Below, piece after piece: positions 1 through 8,965 of a stretch of DNA of 64,000 nt. The position numbers and the translations under genes were made by a program. The stretch's first letter is position 1. Each line of letters starts with the position of its first letter. Under the pieces are notes generated by a model that saw only the letters and a program-made list of their open reading frames with translations, was not told the DNA's origin and ran no database searches. This DNA comes from a virus, in the IMG/VR virus record IMGVR_UViG_3300023179_000044, positions 1 to 64,000 of that record; one strand, 5' to 3'.

Positions 1-1238
1 TGAAACTTGCCGCAATTACAGGAGCTTCCGGTATTGAAGAAACTATTGTTGACAACATATCTTCAACTGGCTCAACAGCTGGTGCCCAATTTGTTGGAGC
101 AGGTGGTGTTAACACTGCTGGAGCTATATCTACTTCATCTACCATAACTGCTGGTTCAGATATTTCTACCTCCGCATATTTAAAATCCAACTACTCATCT
201 GGAAATGAAGGTGGAGAGATATTTTTAGCAGCACCTGCTGCCGCTAACACCTCGATAACTAATGGTGTAACTATTGACGTCTACCAAAATAAATTAAGGT
301 TTTTTGAGCAAGGTGGCTCTGCCCGTGGTTTCTACATTGATATAACTACTGGAGGTGCTGGTGTAGGAACTAACTTAGTTGGCGGAGGTGGCGGTGGAAC
401 TACTACATATGGTTTAACTATTGGAACAACTGGTCTTACTGCTACATCTGGAACAAGCCCATTTAATGGTTCAGCTGCTGTAACTGTTGACATTGATACT
501 ACTAAAGTCCCGACACTTTCAGCAAATAACGTACTTACTGGCTCTTTGACTTTAAGACAAGGTAGCACCACTGCTAGTACCGCTCCATTGTATTTTAACG
601 CAACTGGAACTAGCATTTTGACCACACCAGTAAGCGGTGCATTGGAATATGATTCCATTGTTTTTTATAAAACAGCAAACACTACTCCTGGTAGGGCATT
701 AGATACACAAAGTTATTATTACATTCACAACTCCACATATAACCTTGATTTTTCCGGTGCTGCAACTGCGCAAAGTATTCTGGGTGGAACAACCACTGGT
801 ATTACATTAGCTGCCGGAACCACATATGAATTTGAGTTGTATGTAGCAGTTCAACATCAATATGTTAGCAGCACTTCAATGGCTTTAAGTCATGGTTGGA
901 CTGCAACTACTGTAAGTGGGGCACCTACAACATCATTTATTCAATATCTTGATTATTCAAATAATACAACAGGATTTACCACTGCGGCGACTAAATCCTC
1001 TGTTAGAACCACTACAACTACAGTCACTATTTCGACAGCAATAACTACGGGCTCTAGATACTCAATTTATATTGGCAAAGGAACTATCAGAGTTACTGGA
1101 ACCGGGACTGTCAAAGTGTATCCTCACATTGTTTCTTCGGCTATTGGAGACAACGCAGTGGCTATACAAACTGGAACTTATTTAAAACTCACCCCTATCG
1201 GCAATGGAACAGTTACAACTGTAGGAACTTGGGCATAA
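1..1238 (+). CDS. Thr/Gly-rich virion fibre-like protein, 5'-truncated or starting at the window edge
   Basis: Frame 3 is open from base 3 (KLAAITGASGIEET...NEGGEIFLAAP...IDVYQNKLRFFEQGG...) into the listed 546..1238 ORF. Bases 1-2 (TG) could be the end of an ATG. Beta-rich T/G/S composition typical of tail fibre or spike proteins. Confidence 0.6.
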   Translation, partial: KLAAITGASGIEETIVDNISSTGSTAGAQFVGAGGVNTAGAISTSSTITAGSDISTSAYLKSNYSSGNEGGEIFLAAPAAANTSITNGVTIDVYQNKLRFFEQGGSARGFYIDITTGGAGVGTNLVGGGGGGTTTYGLTIGTTGLTATSGTSPFNGSAAVTVDIDTTKVPTLSANNVLTGSLTLRQGSTTASTAPLYFNATGTSILTTPVSGALEYDSIVFYKTANTTPGRALDTQSYYYIHNSTYNLDFSGAATAQSILGGTTTGITLAAGTTYEFELYVAVQHQYVSSTSMALSHGWTATTVSGAPTTSFIQYLDYSNNTTGFTTAATKSSVRTTTTTVTISTAITTGSRYSIYIGKGTIRVTGTGTVKVYPHIVSSAIGDNAVAIQTGTYLKLTPIGNGTVTTVGTWA

Positions 1239-1378
1239 TGGATGAAATAAAAGAACTTTTAAATAAATGGAAAGAAGAAGGATTTGTTAATCCAGATTCT
1301 TTAGAAAAAGCACATGACGCTATAGTACTTCTTATAGCTAAAATAGAAGAATTAGAAAATAAAATAGATAATATTTAA
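1238..1378 (+). CDS. small coiled-coil protein (46 aa, MDEIKELLNKW...LIAKIEELENKIDNI); not in the ORF track
   Basis: ATG overlaps the upstream stop (TAATG). C-terminal heptad pattern. Confidence 0.6.
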   Translation: MDEIKELLNKWKEEGFVNPDSLEKAHDAIVLLIAKIEELENKIDNI

Positions 1379-1383
1379 TTATT

Positions 1384-2145
1384 TTATTGTTTTTCTTCTT
1401 CTTTAGTTTCTTCTTTAACACCGTTTAATTCAAGATCAGAAGCAAATCTTCCAGTAAATATATATTCTCCAGCATGGTCTACTCTCACCCATGGTGCAGC
1501 ATATACTTTCCCGCCCATCGCTATCCATTTACGACAAAAATGGTAGTCCTCGGACAAAAGAATTCCTTCAGGAGTGATGCTTGTTGCAAAAAATTCAGTT
1601 ACCATATTGTCAAATTCAAATTCAGCATTTGAATTATTTAAAGCATATTTAGGACATTCTGGTGCCATTTTTTCAAATACAGAACGCTTAATTGCCATCA
1701 ATCCAGTACCAACAGCAGTGACTTCCATTGGTTCACCAAGTTTTATAAGTGTTTCACCTGGTAACATGTTCATTGCAAAAATTCCAGAATACTGAACTAG
1801 ATCTTCTTTATCATTTAATACAGCTTTTTTAATATTTCTCCAATTTATATTTTTCATTGGATAAATACCACCAATAATATCTTTATCAGCCTGAAGCATT
1901 AGAATGACATCCTCTGTGTTAAATCCTTCATCAGCATCAATAAATAAAAGAACATCAGCTGTGCTATTTAAAAATTCATAAACAAGATTATTTCTTGCTC
2001 TAGTAATTAAACTTTCATTATAAATTTTAGAAAACGAGACTTCATGTCCGAGTTTAACTAGACCAAAAGTAAGAGATAATACACTGTCGGCATAAATTCC
2101 CTTGCAGTTTCCACCATACATCGGAGTTGCAATTCTTACGTGCAT
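1384..2145 (-). CDS. GT-A fold glycosyltransferase-like protein
   Basis: IATPMYGG, ESLITRARN, LLFIDAD (DxD), GTGLMAIKR, SEDYHFC and a C-terminal H follow the GT2-like pattern. RBS AAGGA. Confidence 0.75.
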   Translation of the reverse strand: MHVRIATPMYGGNCKGIYADSVLSLTFGLVKLGHEVSFSKIYNESLITRARNNLVYEFLNSTADVLLFIDADEGFNTEDVILMLQADKDIIGGIYPMKNINWRNIKKAVLNDKEDLVQYSGIFAMNMLPGETLIKLGEPMEVTAVGTGLMAIKRSVFEKMAPECPKYALNNSNAEFEFDNMVTEFFATSITPEGILLSEDYHFCRKWIAMGGKVYAAPWVRVDHAGEYIFTGRFASDLELNGVKEETKEEEKQ

Positions 2146-2175
2146 ATTTAGTATTCCTTTAGATTATTTTTAATC

Positions 2176-2208
2176 GGGGGTTGTTCTATTAAAAATAAAA
2201 CAACCCCC
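2176..2208. terminator. inverted repeat downstream of the primase gene (putative terminator)
   Basis: GGGGGTTGTT(2176-85)...AACAACCCCC(2199-2208). No clear U-tract. Confidence 0.5.
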
Positions 2209-2257
2209 TAAGTTAATGCTTCCTCTCCGAAGCACTTGTACATACTATCATAATATT

Positions 2258-4849
2258 TTAAAAAGTACGTGCAAAACGCGTTGCTGTCATCCAGTCAACT
2301 TCGGTAGATTCAACAATTCTAGGATTTTGAGCCCTATTTTTAACCTCGGCTCTAGCTCCCTGCCCTACAATAGGAAGACCTCTATCTGTAAGTTTACGCT
2401 GGAAAGCAATCTGAGTCATAGGACGCTCGCCTCGTTCATCAGACCACATTCTATAAATAGAATATAACTGCTTAACAAGAACAGAAGCACCCTCAACTTC
2501 TCTAGTTTCTTCATCAAGAAATAGACCAATTCTATCTTCATTTTTACGATATATTTCAGCGGCTTCTTTTACTGCAGAACACCATCCAAGAGGATCACGC
2601 GCACTTGAACCAAGGTACTTAATAGCCCCTTCTACGGCCCAAGCAAGCACTGCAGGAAGACCGCCCTCAGGATCAGCTAAATAAGATTTAAGACCAGGAT
2701 CGGGGCTCTCAGCAACGTTTAACCATGGAATTGGACGAATACGACGCCACATAGCATCATCTGTAATCATTGGTCTGTGGTTGGTTGTAATCCACAATTT
2801 TCCTTGAGCGCGGAATGTAAATGGCTTTTCTCCCGGTGAACGTGCTTGAATAGTAGAAGAACCAGTTAATTGTTTAACTTTATTCTCTTTAAGTCTTTCT
2901 GTTTCTGGTAACTCATCTACCCAAATCATTCTTTTTCCACGAAGTTCAGCCAAATAGTACTGATCAGATGAATTAGATCTACCATCTCCAGCTGCTAAAA
3001 CTTCCGATGATAGGGCACCAGCGTACTGCTCGGTACCTAAAGCTTCAACAATAGTTTCAACAAAAGTATTTTTACCGGCTCCAGGTGGTCCATAAACCAA
3101 GAAAAGAACATCTTGATTGGATAATCCAGTAAGAGTGTATCCAACAGCTTTTTGAATCCAATCTTGAAGTTCTTTGTCTCCACCAGTTGCAAAATTTATA
3201 AATTCTTCCCATCGGACATTTCTAAGTCCAGGAGTGTAAGAAACTGGTGCCCGCTTTGTTATATATAAATCAGGTTTTCCTCGTAAAAGTTCTCCAGTTT
3301 TTAAATCAATTACTCCATTTAAAACACCAAGAAGGTTCTCATCTCCATCCCATCGTTCAACACCAACAACAACTCTAGGATCAGAATTTGCACTAGTTAT
3401 CATATTGTTAATACGGCTATTAGATTTTGCCTGATTAGCCCATTTAATTACATCTTGCTTTTTTTGTTGCTCATCTTCTCCGTAGTTTCCAACTTCACTA
3501 GCAATAACAGGTGCAATTCTTTTAGCAAGTTCTTGTAACTCTAGACTTTCTGCATCAGGACGCCAGTATGTTCCATCCCAATGAAACCAACCAAGTCCAG
3601 GAGTGTATCTAATTGCTGAACCATATGTGTCAACTAATCTACGACCGTTACCAACATCAGTTAAAGTACGATGCCCAGGAAGTCCACCATCTTCTTCAGA
3701 AATAGCATCTAGGTCTTTAGGTAGATCAAGATTTCCATTATTAGAAGCATCGGATACAGACATACCATCTTCAACTAATTTAGTAACAGAGATTCCAACA
3801 CTATTAGCTGTAGATCTAGTTTCTTCAGATGAATTTTCAGCCCAGTCTTTCCCCTGAGAAGCAACCCACGCGCTAAGCCCCGGCCATGATCTATCAATTT
3901 TTGGACTTGAAGCAACGAAATCGATTGCTCGATGAACATGCATTAACAGTGAGTTTGTGCCCTCTAGTTCCATAGGTGGACGAACCATTTCATGATTAAA
4001 TCTAATCATCATCGATTCAATTAATAATCTAGAGTCTTGAGTAGTTCCAAACTTATTTGCTAAAGCACATGCAAGTCGGTAAATCTCTACGGCACGATGG
4101 CCCTCATCAATTCCTTCTTCAAGCACTTTTTGAATATCAACACGTTCACCAGCAAACTCTAGTTCACTAACCCAATCCCAGTTACCATCTTTATATGAAG
4201 AAGATGAAGAAGATCTAAGAGATTTTGCTCTTAATACGGATAAAAGTTCTTCAGGAGCCTCGGCAATTTCAATTTCCCATGGCGCATGGCCCGGCTTCCA
4301 GTCATATGAAGTACCAGAAAAGTGCCTTGACGGAGCAATAAGAATATAACCATTGTGCTTGATATCAATGCCTTTAAGACCCTCTTTAGCTAAATTTCCC
4401 AAAAACTTTTCATTTGGATCACAACGATATATTAAGTGACGACCACGGACAACTCTACCTTTGACATTATATTCACCAGTAATTGCTTCTACTGTTGGTG
4501 GTAAATTACCCTCAGCACGAGATTCTAATATGTCAAATGACTCATCTCCGCCAGAACGAGGATCAATATCTATAGCAAAAAATCCAGATGGCTTACAAAA
4601 TACACCAATATTGTATTCAGGATTTTGTTGCCACCAAATACCAACCTGAGTTAAATCGGATGTTGCTTCCGTATTCCAGTTATATAAAGCTGGATGCTTT
4701 CCAACATCTTTAGAATCCCCGTGCGGTTTTCCACAAGTACATCTACCATCAGATATGCCATGAACAGGAAGTAAAATCCATCCTTGTTTTGCGTACCATT
4801 CGGCTCCCTTTGCTAAACGTCCACTATCAGCGTTGTTAGAATTGCTCAT
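2258..4849 (-). CDS. DNA primase/polymerase (Prim-Pol) fused to D5-type SF3 helicase
   Basis: N-terminal CxCx3H...GKHP, NIG, IDIDPR, GRHL, GIDIK motifs. D5_N region (TDVGNGRRL, WDGTYW). Walker A GPPGAGKNT and TNHRP...DDAMWRR. Confidence 0.93.
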   Translation of the reverse strand: MSNSNNADSGRLAKGAEWYAKQGWILLPVHGISDGRCTCGKPHGDSKDVGKHPALYNWNTEATSDLTQVGIWWQQNPEYNIGVFCKPSGFFAIDIDPRSGGDESFDILESRAEGNLPPTVEAITGEYNVKGRVVRGRHLIYRCDPNEKFLGNLAKEGLKGIDIKHNGYILIAPSRHFSGTSYDWKPGHAPWEIEIAEAPEELLSVLRAKSLRSSSSSSYKDGNWDWVSELEFAGERVDIQKVLEEGIDEGHRAVEIYRLACALANKFGTTQDSRLLIESMMIRFNHEMVRPPMELEGTNSLLMHVHRAIDFVASSPKIDRSWPGLSAWVASQGKDWAENSSEETRSTANSVGISVTKLVEDGMSVSDASNNGNLDLPKDLDAISEEDGGLPGHRTLTDVGNGRRLVDTYGSAIRYTPGLGWFHWDGTYWRPDAESLELQELAKRIAPVIASEVGNYGEDEQQKKQDVIKWANQAKSNSRINNMITSANSDPRVVVGVERWDGDENLLGVLNGVIDLKTGELLRGKPDLYITKRAPVSYTPGLRNVRWEEFINFATGGDKELQDWIQKAVGYTLTGLSNQDVLFLVYGPPGAGKNTFVETIVEALGTEQYAGALSSEVLAAGDGRSNSSDQYYLAELRGKRMIWVDELPETERLKENKVKQLTGSSTIQARSPGEKPFTFRAQGKLWITTNHRPMITDDAMWRRIRPIPWLNVAESPDPGLKSYLADPEGGLPAVLAWAVEGAIKYLGSSARDPLGWCSAVKEAAEIYRKNEDRIGLFLDEETREVEGASVLVKQLYSIYRMWSDERGERPMTQIAFQRKLTDRGLPIVGQGARAEVKNRAQNPRIVESTEVDWMTATRFARTF

Positions 4850-4881
4850 ATATAAAGTCTCTCCAATAAGTCGGTGTCAAA

Positions 4882-4910
4882 AGTTTACACTCAAAAATAA
4901 ACGAGTGCAA
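4882..4910 (-). promoter_or_regulatory. sigma-70/SigA-type promoter for the primase gene
   Basis: TTGCAC-N17-TAAACT on the minus strand, upstream of RBS GGAGAG and ATG 4849. Confidence 0.55.
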
Positions 4911-5048
4911 GTTAAATTAATAAAATGGTAAAAATACCTAGACTTATTGGCGTCTCAAACTAACAAGTTCGTCAAATAAGGGCGACCCTTATAGGGTAAA
5001 ATAAGAAAAGCAAATCTAATTGCTTCCTAGAGAGTTCCATTATAAACG

Positions 5049-5390
5049 ATGACAACAGAGCTTATTTTTACAATTGCCGCAGTTATAACAGCACTCGGAG
5101 TTATTTTTGGTGCAGTCTACTCAGTATATAGGGTAGTTAATAGAATTGGCGAAGCCCTGGGAACCGATTCTGCAGGGAGAAGTATTTCAGACCGACTAAA
5201 TAGGGTTGAACATCAATTATGGGAAAATGGTGGAACATCTCTTGCTGACAGAGTAAATAATATTGAAGCTCATGTTTTAAAAACTACCACAGAAATTGAA
5301 ATAATCAAGGCTTTTGTTATAGGAAATACAACAGTAAGTGTAGAAACATCACCAGTTACAAAATCCAGAAAAAAACCTTCATCTAAATAA
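5049..5390 (+). CDS. single-pass membrane protein (actinophage NGGxSL-motif family, possibly lysis-associated)
   Basis: N-terminal hydrophobic helix, then ENGGTSLADRVNNIE coiled coil. GGTAAAAT -10 element at 4995-5002. Confidence 0.6.
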   Translation: MTTELIFTIAAVITALGVIFGAVYSVYRVVNRIGEALGTDSAGRSISDRLNRVEHQLWENGGTSLADRVNNIEAHVLKTTTEIEIIKAFVIGNTTVSVETSPVTKSRKKPSSK

Positions 5391-5443
5391 AAATAGTACT
5401 ATACTAAAAGACATAAAAGACATAAACGACCTAAGGAAGAGTA

Positions 5444-5713
5444 ATGTCACTATCTGACAAATTATCTGCAGCCGCTACAGAAGTACCAATTCGATTTTGC
5501 AAAATAGGATCATTGTTAAATAGCGGAAGTCCACTTTTAGAACAAGATAGATTAAATTTAAAATCTGTACTTGAAGTAGATGAAAATGATCCATCAAGAA
5601 TAAATAATTCAACTATTGGCCGTATTCTTCGTGAAGAGGGGTATGATATCAGTAACAGTGCAGTTGATCGTCATCGTAGAAACGACTGCCCATGTAGTAG
5701 AACGGCAAAATAA
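5444..5713 (+). CDS. small HTH/Zn-binding protein
   Basis: CKIG...IGRILREEGYDISNSAVDRHRRNDCPC. RBS AAGGA. Directly precedes the phosphoesterase, as often seen in actinophages. Confidence 0.65.
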   Translation: MSLSDKLSAAATEVPIRFCKIGSLLNSGSPLLEQDRLNLKSVLEVDENDPSRINNSTIGRILREEGYDISNSAVDRHRRNDCPCSRTAK

Positions 5714-5714
5714 A

Positions 5715-6914
5715 ATGGGATTATCAGAAAAATTAGATAATTTATCAAGTCCTGGAAAATCAGGATCAGACATAAAATCATTAAATATTCCAGAAGACTG
5801 GCGTCCACGTATGGATATAGATACATCCAAAGGTGGATTTTTAATTTCACAGCCAAGATTGTCTTCGGAAATTCCAGATGCATCAAGCTTAATTAAAGAG
5901 TTTGGATTAGATCCAAATGATTGGATTATTTCCTCAATGAGACATGGAAAATGGCAAAGATATGACGGAGAATTTCTCGAGTCAATCAGAGTTAATTTAA
6001 TTCCAAGTGGGATTATTAAAAATGATCAATTAGATGTTGAAAAATTAGTTGATGAAATTAAAAAATGGAGACCAGCAGCTGGAATTAAACCAGCGACTGG
6101 AACAGGTGCTTATGGAGTATTCCCTAGTGATCAACAGATTGGTAAAAAAGCTGGAGGACAAGGAACTCAACAATCAATAGATAGACTTTTATATTTAACA
6201 GAATCAGCTGTTACTAAATTTAATGGTTATAAAAAAATGGGACTATCTTTTGGAACTATTGTTTTAGGATTACCAGGAGATCACGTAGAAGGAAATGTTT
6301 CTCAGGGTGGACGACTGCAAGGTCAAGCATCATCTGATTTAGGTCTTACTGAGCAAGTACGCGTTGCACGTCGCTTACTTATGGCACAAATTAAAGCACT
6401 AGCACCACTAGCTGAACGTATGATAGTTCCAGTAATTAATGGAAATCATGACGAGGTAACTCGTCAAGTTTCAGCCGACCCATCTGACGGCTGGAATGTT
6501 GAAATAGCTTCAGCAGTACAAGATGCATGCGCTGAAAATCCCTCATTACAGCATATTGAATTTAGATTTCCTTCATCAGGTCATCAAACTTTAACAACTG
6601 AAATTTGTGGAACCCATATTGGAATGTTTCATGGACATCAAGCAAATCAAAATAATGTTTTAAAATATTTATCTGGACAAGCTGCAGGTCAAACTGCTCT
6701 AGGTTTAGCTGATATATGGATTTCTGGTCATTTCCATAATTTTAGAAGCATGGATATAGGAGATAGATTATGGCTTCAATGTCCAACAACTGATCCAGGA
6801 TCAGAGTGGTTTAGAGATAGGCAAGGACTAGAATCAAAACCTGGACTTTTAACACTGGCATTCGGTGGAGATTTTGATCCAAGAGAATATATAAGTGTAA
6901 TACCAGTTAAATAA
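5715..6914 (+). CDS. metallophosphoesterase (calcineurin-like/Mre11-like nuclease)
   Basis: SDQQIG, GDHVEG, GNHD, HGH and GHFH motifs. Start moved to ATG 5715, just after the upstream stop. Confidence 0.85.
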   Translation: MGLSEKLDNLSSPGKSGSDIKSLNIPEDWRPRMDIDTSKGGFLISQPRLSSEIPDASSLIKEFGLDPNDWIISSMRHGKWQRYDGEFLESIRVNLIPSGIIKNDQLDVEKLVDEIKKWRPAAGIKPATGTGAYGVFPSDQQIGKKAGGQGTQQSIDRLLYLTESAVTKFNGYKKMGLSFGTIVLGLPGDHVEGNVSQGGRLQGQASSDLGLTEQVRVARRLLMAQIKALAPLAERMIVPVINGNHDEVTRQVSADPSDGWNVEIASAVQDACAENPSLQHIEFRFPSSGHQTLTTEICGTHIGMFHGHQANQNNVLKYLSGQAAGQTALGLADIWISGHFHNFRSMDIGDRLWLQCPTTDPGSEWFRDRQGLESKPGLLTLAFGGDFDPREYISVIPVK

Positions 6915-6933
6915 AATTTTAATAATTTAAAAT

Positions 6934-7395
6934 TTATTTTTTATATTTTCTATTTTCCTGAGAATGGTATGCTTCAACAGCATTTGCACTAGTCCTACTT
7001 TGCCAACTAAATAAACAATTAGAGCATTCGACCATTTTCATAGTTGACCATCTTCCTCCCGATGGTCTAGAAATTGTTTTTGTAGCTAAGAATTTTGTTT
7101 TTGATTTACAAAAAGGACATAAAGGAAATCGATTATGCCTCATTTCTTGACCTTCCCAATTAACGGAAAGAGTTCTACGAATTTGTTTGTAGTTTAATCC
7201 CCCCCAAATTCCCCATAGTTGTTTGCTATCAAGTGCCCACCTTAGACATTCTTTTCTTACAGGGCATACATCGCATAATTTTAAAGCAGGATATTGCTGA
7301 GAGGGTTTATTTGCAAAAAAATTTTTTAAAAGATCTTTATTTTCTGGTTTTCCACATTCAGCATCTTGCTCCCAGTCTTGAAACTCATTTAACAT
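6934..7395 (-). CDS. whiB: WhiB-family Fe-S transcription factor with C-terminal Zn ribbon
   Basis: W-x4-AEC...C-x2-C-PV-x3-C...WGIWGG signature, followed by extra CPFC...CSNC. Confidence 0.92.
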   Translation of the reverse strand: MLNEFQDWEQDAECGKPENKDLLKNFFANKPSQQYPALKLCDVCPVRKECLRWALDSKQLWGIWGGLNYKQIRRTLSVNWEGQEMRHNRFPLCPFCKSKTKFLATKTISRPSGGRWSTMKMVECSNCLFSWQSRTSANAVEAYHSQENRKYKK

Positions 7396-7735
7396 TAAAA
7401 ATCTCCACATAGGTTATTGGAGTAATATTTGTTAAATTATCTTCAATTTCTGATAAACCATCTTTATTACAAATATATTGTTTCTCAGATAAGGAAGAAT
7501 ATCCTATATATGATTGATTACAAACTCCAGAAGCAATTAAAAAGAATCCATCAGATAAAGATTGAGATATTCCTTCACGCTGAATAGAAGAAGCTAAAGC
7601 TTTTCTTACAATTTCATGCTCAATATCAACATGATCTTCGGTATAAAAAACTATAGACCCTTTATCAGATAATAGGGATTCTTCATCATCCCATATAAAC
7701 CAAAGGGATTCACCAATTCTTGAATCTTTACTCAT
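7385..7735 (-). CDS. hypothetical protein
   Basis: 116-aa ORF overlapping the whiB start. TAAAAT lies 6 nt upstream of its ATG (leaderless). Confidence 0.7.
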   Translation of the reverse strand: MSKDSRIGESLWFIWDDEESLLSDKGSIVFYTEDHVDIEHEIVRKALASSIQREGISQSLSDGFFLIASGVCNQSYIGYSSLSEKQYICNKDGLSEIEDNLTNITPITYVEIFNVK

Positions 7736-7793
7736 GTAAAGATTTTACAATAAAGTTATATTTTAGTGCAGTATAGTTACCGTAAATTACAAA

Positions 7794-8285
7794 TTATACT
7801 GGCCAGATATATTCGTAAGTTTCTGGTCGATATCCAGGGTCTTCTTCCCAGCCAAACTGCGAATACCACTCGTAATCCTTATTAAGTAATGCAACCCTGT
7901 GGCTAGCAGCAATTTCTTTATATTGCGGTTTATAACTCATCCATGCAGGATTGAACATATTTGCATCGTCAATTAGACCTAGCTCAATCGCACGCATAAC
8001 TGTTGCTTTGGCTTTATCACCAATAGTTGATTTATAGCCACGTCGCTTCCATTCATCAACCATGCATTGAATATAGTAATACAAGGCCATTTCATGTCCA
8101 CGCCACATTTTAACTGCAGGATGGTTAACCCAGCCACGTGGAGCTCTGTGGTCACCATTAGGGTCAAGCTCTAGCAAAGTCATAAGAATTTGCCAGCCCT
8201 CAAGGGCTTGCTTGTTGAGGCGCTTGTTGTCAAGCACCCGTGCGATATCTTCAAAACTAGTAGTTATAGGTACAAATGTTTGCAT
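7794..8285 (-). CDS. pyrimidine-dimer DNA glycosylase / T4 endonuclease V-like (MSMEG_6728 family)
   Basis: MQTF...LDNKRLNKQALE...HPAVKMWRG...SHRVALL-x-KD...Y-x-WPV. Confidence 0.85.
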   Translation of the reverse strand: MQTFVPITTSFEDIARVLDNKRLNKQALEGWQILMTLLELDPNGDHRAPRGWVNHPAVKMWRGHEMALYYYIQCMVDEWKRRGYKSTIGDKAKATVMRAIELGLIDDANMFNPAWMSYKPQYKEIAASHRVALLNKDYEWYSQFGWEEDPGYRPETYEYIWPV

Positions 8286-8291
8286 GTTTAA

Positions 8292-8320
8292 ATATTATAG
8301 ATATAAATACTATTTGTCAA
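8292..8320 (-). promoter_or_regulatory. strong SigA-type promoter giving a leaderless mRNA for the glycosylase
   Basis: TTGACA(8320-15)-N17-TAATAT(8297-92)-6 nt-ATG, with an overlapping TATAAT. No Shine-Dalgarno. Confidence 0.7.
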
Positions 8321-8528
8321 GTCCAAAAGAGTTAAAATTTGATTTTAATTTTGTATATGCAGTAACTTCATACTTACCGTCAACTAGCTGTACTTTTACC
8401 TCTGTGTCAGTTTTTTCGTATACTTCAGACTGATCTATATTTAAAAATAATCCAACATGGTAAGCAATAGTTGCTTTAGCTGATTCGTAATTTGTAGTTT
8501 CAAACTTTAATTCAAATGATGTACGCAT
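8310..8528 (-). CDS. hypothetical protein
   Basis: 72-aa ORF, TAATG-coupled to the upstream gene. Confidence 0.65.
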   Translation of the reverse strand: MRTSFELKFETTNYESAKATIAYHVGLFLNIDQSEVYEKTDTEVKVQLVDGKYEVTAYTKLKSNFNSFGLDK

Positions 8529-8950
8529 TATTTAATTCTCTTTTCAAGCTTATATGGTGAATAGTGAACTCCTTCTAAATATGGTTCTTTATTGTCAGTT
8601 GATTTAAAAATAATGTCACCATATCTAATCGCAACAATAACTCCTCTTCTTCCATTATGGGTAACACCAACTTTATCACTGAAAGCGTCAGACAGTACTC
8701 TAACTTCATCTCCAACTACTAATTGGCCTGGTTGCGCAGGAATCCAAATTTCATCTTCTTTTTTATCTTCATAAATATTTTTTCCAAGAGCTAAATTAGA
8801 AAAATATTCAATTGTTTCTTTCATTTGATTTTCTGAAAGATTTAATTTATTCCAAAGTTCAAGCAAGGAAAGTAGTGCAGTACCAGTTCCAATTTTTACT
8901 TTACTATCCTGCATTTGCTGACGAACCCAATTAAAATTTACTTCTGGCAT
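8528..8950 (-). CDS. hypothetical protein with C-terminal SH3/KOW-like beta domain
   Basis: RBS AAGGAG. LVVGDEVRV...GRRGVIVAIRYGDIIF...LEK. Confidence 0.7.
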   Translation of the reverse strand: MPEVNFNWVRQQMQDSKVKIGTGTALLSLLELWNKLNLSENQMKETIEYFSNLALGKNIYEDKKEDEIWIPAQPGQLVVGDEVRVLSDAFSDKVGVTHNGRRGVIVAIRYGDIIFKSTDNKEPYLEGVHYSPYKLEKRIK

Positions 8951-8965
8951 TTTTTCTCCTTTATT

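Noticed and set aside
332-658. 108-aa minus-strand ORF, and the other short antisense or nested ORFs in the track (e.g. 36303..36698, 61332..61742, 27360..27683)
   Set aside because: Shadows of long genes on the opposite strand or frame, with no RBS or recognisable motifs.
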